Assembly (NCBI GenBank): GCA_003566995.1
Contig: PXBG01000120.1
Location: 16,470 to 80,469 of the forward strand
Origin: Syntrophobacteraceae bacterium
GTDB lineage: Bacteria > Desulfobacterota > Syntrophobacteria > Syntrophobacterales > Syntrophobacteraceae
Reading direction: 5' to 3'
DNA: 64,000 bases
Every line of letters starts with the position of its first letter. The stretch's first letter is position 1. This document shows, piece by piece, positions 58,917 to 64,000 of this stretch. A program made the position numbers and the translations under genes. The notes beneath the pieces were generated by a model. The model was not told the DNA's origin. It saw only the letters and a list, made by a program, of their open reading frames with translations, and did no database searches.

Positions 58917-60134
58917 ATGTCCGAGACAAAAAAAGAACCCAAGATTCGCGTGGATCACTTGACGAAAATCTTCGGTTCTCATTCCCAGGAAGCTCTGGAG
59001 ATGCTTCAAAATGGGGTCGGCAAAGACGAAATCCTGGAAAAAACAGGCTGTGGCGTGGGCGTGTCCGACGCCAGCTTCACCGTCCATGAGGGAGAAATCG
59101 TGGTGGTCATGGGCTTGTCCGGCAGCGGGAAGTCCACCCTGGTCCGCTGCATCAACCGCCTCATCGAACCCACTGCGGGACAGATTTTCATCGACGACCA
59201 GGACATCACCTCCCTGACCAGCGATGAACTGCGCCACATTCGTTTGACCAAGCTGGGCATGGTCTTCCAGAACTTTGCCCTCTTTCCCCACCGCACCGTC
59301 TGCCAGAATGCGGAATACGGCCTGGAGATTCAGGGCCTGGCTTCCTCAAAACGCCGGGAAAAAGCCATGGTCGCTTTGGAGCAGGTGGGCCTGAAAGGCT
59401 GGGAGGATCACTACCCGGTGAATCTTTCGGGGGGCATGCAGCAGCGCGTTGGTCTGGCCAGAGCGCTGGCCCTCGATCCCGACATTCTGCTCATGGACGA
59501 AGCCTTCAGCGCCCTGGACCCCCTCATTCGCAGCGACATGCAGGATGAACTGATCAACCTGCAGAATAAAATGCGCAAAACCATTGTGTTCATCAGTCAC
59601 GACCTGGACGAAGCCCTGAAACTGGGGGACCGGCTTGTGCTCATGAAAGACGGCGCCATCGTGCAAATCGGCACGGCGGAGCAGATCCTCACCAATCCTG
59701 CCGATGACTATGTGGCCCGGTTCGTGGAGAATGTGGACATGACCAAAGTCCTCACGGCGGAATCGGTGATGGTCAAGCCCAAGGCCATGGTGATGCTTTC
59801 GGCTCACGGCCCCAAATCGGCCCTGCGTTTCATGCAAAAAGAACAGGTTTCCCAGATTTTTGTGTACGACAGGGAGCATAAAGTCATTGGGCTCGTCACT
59901 GCCGATGCAGCCTCCGAAGCAGTTCAGCGCCACGAAACGGAACTGCACCACATCATGCAAACAGACTTTGTCAGCGTGGTCCCCGACACTCCGGCCGCAG
60001 ATCTGATTCCCATCATGGCCAACCTGCCCTACCCTCTTCCCGTGGTGGGCCCCGACGGCAAACTCAAAGGGGTGGTCATTCGAGGATCGCTGCTGGCGGC
60101 CCTGGCGGAACGCGGGAGGAAGAACAATGCCTAG
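58917..60134 (+). CDS. proV: Glycine betaine/proline ABC transporter ATPase with tandem CBS domains
   Basis: GLSGSGKST, LSGGMQQRVGLARAL, LLMDEAFSALD, C-terminal CBS pair. Confidence 0.9.
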   Translation: MSETKKEPKIRVDHLTKIFGSHSQEALEMLQNGVGKDEILEKTGCGVGVSDASFTVHEGEIVVVMGLSGSGKSTLVRCINRLIEPTAGQIFIDDQDITSLTSDELRHIRLTKLGMVFQNFALFPHRTVCQNAEYGLEIQGLASSKRREKAMVALEQVGLKGWEDHYPVNLSGGMQQRVGLARALALDPDILLMDEAFSALDPLIRSDMQDELINLQNKMRKTIVFISHDLDEALKLGDRLVLMKDGAIVQIGTAEQILTNPADDYVARFVENVDMTKVLTAESVMVKPKAMVMLSAHGPKSALRFMQKEQVSQIFVYDREHKVIGLVTADAASEAVQRHETELHHIMQTDFVSVVPDTPAADLIPIMANLPYPLPVVGPDGKLKGVVIRGSLLAALAERGRKNNA

Positions 60135-60954
60135 AATACCTTTGGGCTCCACCATTGAAGCCATCATCGACTTTCTTGTGACCCATTTTTCCTTTTTGAC
60201 CATCGCCTTCACCCGGATCATGGAAAACGTGATCCGCTACCTGGAAAACGGGCTCCTGTTTCTTCCGCCATGGCTTTTCATTGTCATCGTGGCCGGAATC
60301 ACCTTTTGGCTGACCAGAAAATGGGGCATCGCCCTGTTCACCCTGCTGGGCCTTCTGCTCATCTGGAATATGGGTCTGTGGGTTGCCACCATCAGCACCA
60401 TCACCCTGGTGCTCATCGCCACATTGACCGCTTTGAGCATCGGAGTGCCCATCGGCATTCTGGCGGCCCTGAACAACGGTGTGAACCGCGTGGTCCAACC
60501 CATACTGGATGTGATGCAGACCATGCCCGCCTTTGTTTACCTCATTCCGGCCATTCCTTTTTTCGGGCTGGGCAAGGTGGCCGCCATATTCGCCACCGTC
60601 ATCTTTTCCATGCCCCCGGCCATTCGCCTCACATGCCTGGGCATTCAGCAGGTGCCCCGGGAACTTGTGGAGTGTGCGGATGCATTTGGTTCCAACAAGT
60701 GGCAGAAACTTTTCAAACTGCAGCTTCCTCTGGCCACACCCACCATCATGGCCGGTGTGAACCAGACGGTCATGCTGGGCTTGTCCATGGTGGTCATCGC
60801 GGCCATGATTGGAGCCCGAGGCCTGGGCGGTGAAGTCTGGCGAGCCATCCAGCGGCTCCAGATGGGCAGCGGGTTTGAAGCAGGCATTGGCATTGTCATT
60901 GTGGCCATCATTCTGGACCGCGTGCTCCAGCACGTCGGGACCAAAAAACGTTAA
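60127..60954 (+). CDS. proW: Glycine betaine/proline ABC transporter permease
   Basis: Multi-TM. 8-nt overlap with proV. Typical EAA-like region (ECADAFGSNKWQKLFKLQLP). Confidence 0.88.
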   Translation: MPRIPLGSTIEAIIDFLVTHFSFLTIAFTRIMENVIRYLENGLLFLPPWLFIVIVAGITFWLTRKWGIALFTLLGLLLIWNMGLWVATISTITLVLIATLTALSIGVPIGILAALNNGVNRVVQPILDVMQTMPAFVYLIPAIPFFGLGKVAAIFATVIFSMPPAIRLTCLGIQQVPRELVECADAFGSNKWQKLFKLQLPLATPTIMAGVNQTVMLGLSMVVIAAMIGARGLGGEVWRAIQRLQMGSGFEAGIGIVIVAIILDRVLQHVGTKKR

Positions 60955-60980
60955 CCCTGAATGTTCAAGGAGGTAGAACC

Positions 60981-61841
60981 ATGAAACACGGAAAACTTTT
61001 TCAGATTTTTTTGGGGCTCGCAGCTGTCCTGCTCCTCACAGCCGGCACGGTTTCCGCCCAAAACAAAACCGTCCGCCTCGCCTATGTGGAATGGGACTGT
61101 GCTGCCGCCAGCACTCATCTGGTTCAGGCAGTGCTGCAGGAGAAAATGGGCTATGACGTGGAAATCCTTCCCGTAGCCGCCGCCGCCATGTGGCAGGCAG
61201 TGGGCACGGGAAATGTGGACGGCATGGTCACCGCATGGCTGCCCGTCACCCATGCGGACTATTACGAGAGGGTCAAGGATGACGTGCAAGACCTCGGCCC
61301 CATCGTGGGCGGCGCCAGACTTGGCTGGGTGGTGCCTTCCTACGTGACCATCGACTCCATCGCCGAAGTGAATGAGCATGCAGACAAGTTCAACCGCAGA
61401 ATCATCGGCATCGACCCCGGTGCAGGCCTCATGCGCCTTTCCGAAGAGGCCCTTCAGGAGTACAGGCTGGACCGCATGAATCTCATTGAAGGAAGCGACG
61501 CCACCATGACCGCTGCTTTGAGCAACGCCATCGACCGCAACGACTGGATCGTGGTCACTGGCTGGTCCCCCCACTGGAAATTCGGCGTCTGGGACCTCAA
61601 ATACCTTGAGGACCCCAAGGGCGTTCTCGGGGGCGAGGAACGCATTCACACCGTCGTGCGCAACGGACTTGAGGAAGACATGCCGGAAGTCTACAATTTC
61701 CTGAACAACTTCCATTGGAAAGACCCCAATCAGCTTCAGATGGTCATGGCATGGAACCAGGAGCCCGGGTCCGACCGCTATGAAAATGCCAAGCGTTTCA
61801 TTGAAGAAAACGAAGAGCAGGTGAAAAGCTGGCTGGAATAA
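60981..61841 (+). CDS. proX: Glycine betaine-binding periplasmic protein
   Basis: Signal peptide ...TVSA-QN. OpuAC-type sequence (VRLAYVEWDCAAASTHL, TAWLPVTHADYY). Confidence 0.85.
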   Translation: MKHGKLFQIFLGLAAVLLLTAGTVSAQNKTVRLAYVEWDCAAASTHLVQAVLQEKMGYDVEILPVAAAAMWQAVGTGNVDGMVTAWLPVTHADYYERVKDDVQDLGPIVGGARLGWVVPSYVTIDSIAEVNEHADKFNRRIIGIDPGAGLMRLSEEALQEYRLDRMNLIEGSDATMTAALSNAIDRNDWIVVTGWSPHWKFGVWDLKYLEDPKGVLGGEERIHTVVRNGLEEDMPEVYNFLNNFHWKDPNQLQMVMAWNQEPGSDRYENAKRFIEENEEQVKSWLE

Positions 61842-61901
61842 TGATTGCCGACAGAGTGAAAGGTTTCATGCATTTGAAAAAAAAACAGAAGGAGTTGTCC
61901 G

Positions 61902-62480
61902 ATGAAATCCCTCAAGGGAACACAGACGGAAAAGAACATTCTCACGGCTTTCGCCGGTGAGTCTCAGGCGCGCAACCGATACACCTATTTCGCCAAGCAG
62001 GCCAAAAACGACGGCTATGTCCAATTGTCCAACATATTTGAAGAAACCGCCAACCAGGAAAAAGAGCACGCCAAGCGGCTGTTCAAATTCCTGGAAGGGG
62101 GTGAGGCTGAAGTTCAGGCCACTTTTCCCGCCGGTAAAATCGGCACGACCCTGGAGAACCTGAACGAAGCGGCCAATGGTGAGCGCTACGAGCATCAGGA
62201 GATGTATCCCTCCTTTGCCAGGGTCGCCAGGGAAGAAGGCTTTCCTGAGGTGGCGGAGGCCATGGAAGCCATAGCTGTCGCAGAGCAGCTCCACGAGAGA
62301 AGGTATAGAAGCTTCATCGCCAACATCGAGAGTGACAAGGTTTTCAAAAAAGACCAGGAAGTGACCTGGAAGTGTCAGAACTGCGGGTACACGCACAAAG
62401 GAAAGGAAGCTCTTGAAGAGTGCCCTTCCTGCGCACACCCCAAAGCCCATTTCGAAGTTCTCTGCGAAAACTGGCAGTGA
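61902..62480 (+). CDS. rbr: Rubrerythrin
   Basis: LKGTQTEKNILTAFAGESQARNRYT, EHAKRLF, C-terminal rubredoxin-type WKCQNCG...CPSCAHP. Confidence 0.93.
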   Translation: MKSLKGTQTEKNILTAFAGESQARNRYTYFAKQAKNDGYVQLSNIFEETANQEKEHAKRLFKFLEGGEAEVQATFPAGKIGTTLENLNEAANGERYEHQEMYPSFARVAREEGFPEVAEAMEAIAVAEQLHERRYRSFIANIESDKVFKKDQEVTWKCQNCGYTHKGKEALEECPSCAHPKAHFEVLCENWQ

Positions 62481-62637
62481 AGACCAAACGCGGTGTCATG
62501 ACCACTGTCATCCATTTCGCCACTTGAAGGGACGGAGAGAGCTGAAGGAAAGACCCACTCCTTGCTCCCTTCAAAAAGCAGGTTCAAAGGGCTCCGGGCA
62601 CGGTGATGGTCCTTGCCCGGGCGTCCGAATCAAGTGC

Positions 62638-62662
62638 GGCAGGCCTTCGGGCCTGCCTTTTT
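62638..62662 (+). terminator. Rho-independent terminator about 160 nt downstream of rbr
   Basis: GGCAGGCC-TTCG-GGCCTGCC followed by T5. Confidence 0.8.
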
Positions 62663-62815
62663 CACCTCCCTCCTCTTTCCCATTGAACAACCGGGGCACA
62701 ATAATTTATTCTGACCGGCAAAAAGCAAAACGGTTCCCTTTGAAGAAAGCTGAGTGAAGACACCCTCAAAACCTCTCAAACACGGCCTTTCTGACAGCCT
62801 CGGGAAATTATTTCT

Positions 62816-64000
62816 ATGAAAGATATCCTGTACCTGAAACAGATGGAGTTGTTCCGTAAAGCCATGGAGCAATTTCGGGAGCCCTACGAGGACCTGGACT
62901 TTCTTTTGAAGTGCTTTCGGGAAGTCCTTCAGGAAAACGACGAGACAGAACTGTCTCAAGCCCTTCCCTGGATAAACGACCAGGAAATGGAACCGGAGGA
63001 AATCACCTCCCGCCACATCCAGTTGTATTCCATCGTCTTTCAGTTGCTCAACATGGTGGAGGTGAATGGAGCGGTGCAAAACAGACGGCGAGTGGAGGAC
63101 CAACACTCCCTGGCCGCAGTCAACGGTCTATGGGGCCAAACACTTCAAAGGCTTAAGGAGGAGGGCTTTTCCCAGGAGCATATTCTCCATGCCCTTCCCC
63201 ACGTGAGGGTGGAACCCGTCCTGACAGCGCATCCCACCGAAGCCAAAAGGGCCACGGTCCTTGAACATCACCGGGAATTGTACCTGCTCCTGGTGAAACG
63301 CGAAAACACCATGTGGACCCGGCGGGAGCGCAAGGAAATTCGCGAGGACATCAAGCTCTGCCTGGACAGGCTCTGGAGAACGGGAGAGATTTTTGTGGAA
63401 AGGCCCGATGTGGCTTCGGAGCTGCGCAATGTCATGCACTATCTCATCAACGTCTTTCCGCAGGTGATTCCCATCGTGGACAAGCGCCTGGAAGACGCAT
63501 GGGAATATGTGGGATTCAATCCTGATGCACTTCGGGAAAAGCACGCTTACCCCATGTTCAGCTTCGGCAACTGGGTGGGAGGGGATCGTGATGGCCACCC
63601 TTTCGTCACGGAGGAGGTGACCGCCCAAACACTCGCTCAGCTGAGGCTCAATGCCTTTGTGGTCATACGCCGCGAGCTGGTGAGACTGGTCAGGCTTCTG
63701 AGCTACTCCTGTCCCTTTGATGAAGCCCCCGATGCCCTGCGAAACCGCGCTGAAGAGATGATCCGGGAAAGGGGTGAAGCAGGAAAAGACGCTTTTGAAC
63801 GCAACAGGGGGGAAGCTTTCCGCCAGTTCATCAATCTTTGCCTGGCCAAGCTGCCCCTGGAGGTGAGGCGCGAGCACGCAACGCGGATCAAGGACCAGCC
63901 AGGCACCTACAAAAGAGTGAACGAGCTCCGGTCAGACCTGAGAATACTTCAGGAAAGCCTCATGGAATACGGGGCAAGGGCCAGTGCGCAAGGGGATGTG
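62816..64000 (+). CDS. ppc: Phosphoenolpyruvate carboxylase, N-terminal 395 codons (continues past the right edge)
   Basis: My translation from ATG 62816 is open to 64000 and is absent from the track because it has no stop. PEPC signature VLTAHPTEAKR and the WVGGDRDGHP glycine-rich motif. Confidence 0.85.
   Translation, partial: MKDILYLKQMELFRKAMEQFREPYEDLDFLLKCFREVLQENDETELSQALPWINDQEMEPEEITSRHIQLYSIVFQLLNMVEVNGAVQNRRRVEDQHSLAAVNGLWGQTLQRLKEEGFSQEHILHALPHVRVEPVLTAHPTEAKRATVLEHHRELYLLLVKRENTMWTRRERKEIREDIKLCLDRLWRTGEIFVERPDVASELRNVMHYLINVFPQVIPIVDKRLEDAWEYVGFNPDALREKHAYPMFSFGNWVGGDRDGHPFVTEEVTAQTLAQLRLNAFVVIRRELVRLVRLLSYSCPFDEAPDALRNRAEEMIRERGEAGKDAFERNRGEAFRQFINLCLAKLPLEVRREHATRIKDQPGTYKRVNELRSDLRILQESLMEYGARASAQGDV

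Noticed and set aside
1-64000. Looked for tRNA/rRNA genes (T-loop GGTTCGAATCC-type arms), CRISPR-like periodic repeats, IS elements, transposase or integrase genes, and known defence-system hallmark genes.
   Set aside because: None was recognised by eye. The only TTCGAA-containing sites (about 28995 and about 29115) lack flanking tRNA stems. This is a visual scan only. tRNAscan-SE, Infernal, ISfinder and DefenseFinder would be needed for a firm negative.

Overview
The window looks like a chromosomal segment from a moderately GC-rich anaerobe. Gene content suggests a Desulfobacterota/deltaproteobacterial type: rubrerythrin, a rubredoxin-like protein, a ferredoxin-fused EtfA, and sigma-54 regulators. 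This taxonomic call is inference only. Most of the window is ordinary housekeeping: mutM, catalase, hemW, lepA, gltX, yceD-rpmF, an acyl-CoA dehydrogenase/etfBA/fabG/fabF block, rpiB-glyA-ribD-ribE-ribBA-ribH-nusB, an M48 peptidase, a flavoprotein plus two-gene ABC exporter operon, a TrpB-like enzyme, an EEP nuclease/phosphatase plus PLD-DedA fusion, a sensor kinase/NtrC-type pair, proVWX, rubrerythrin and the 5' part of ppc. The supplied ORF track omits ORFs that have no stop inside the window and translates GTG/TTG starts as M. Two real genes are therefore missing from it: ppc at the right edge, and a giant minus-strand ORF that fills positions 1-7015 (at least 2338 codons, still open at the left edge). 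That giant ORF is translationally coupled (ATGA overlap) to an 814-aa PhoD-like metallophosphatase with no signal peptide. I could not assign the giant ORF to any family by eye, and this pair is the best candidate here for an undescribed system. Second-tier observations: (1) a near-consensus sigma-54 promoter in front of a DUF4168-like/small-lipoprotein operon, divergent from the kinase/NtrC pair (a ZraPSR-like layout); (2) a remodelled yceD-rpmF...fabG-fabF cluster in which acd-etfBA replaces plsX/fabH/fabD and acpP is absent; (3) several ORF-poor spacers with orphan terminator-like hairpins. No tRNA, rRNA, CRISPR array, transposase or integrase was recognised. All family calls rest on motifs I recognise by eye. 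No database search was run.
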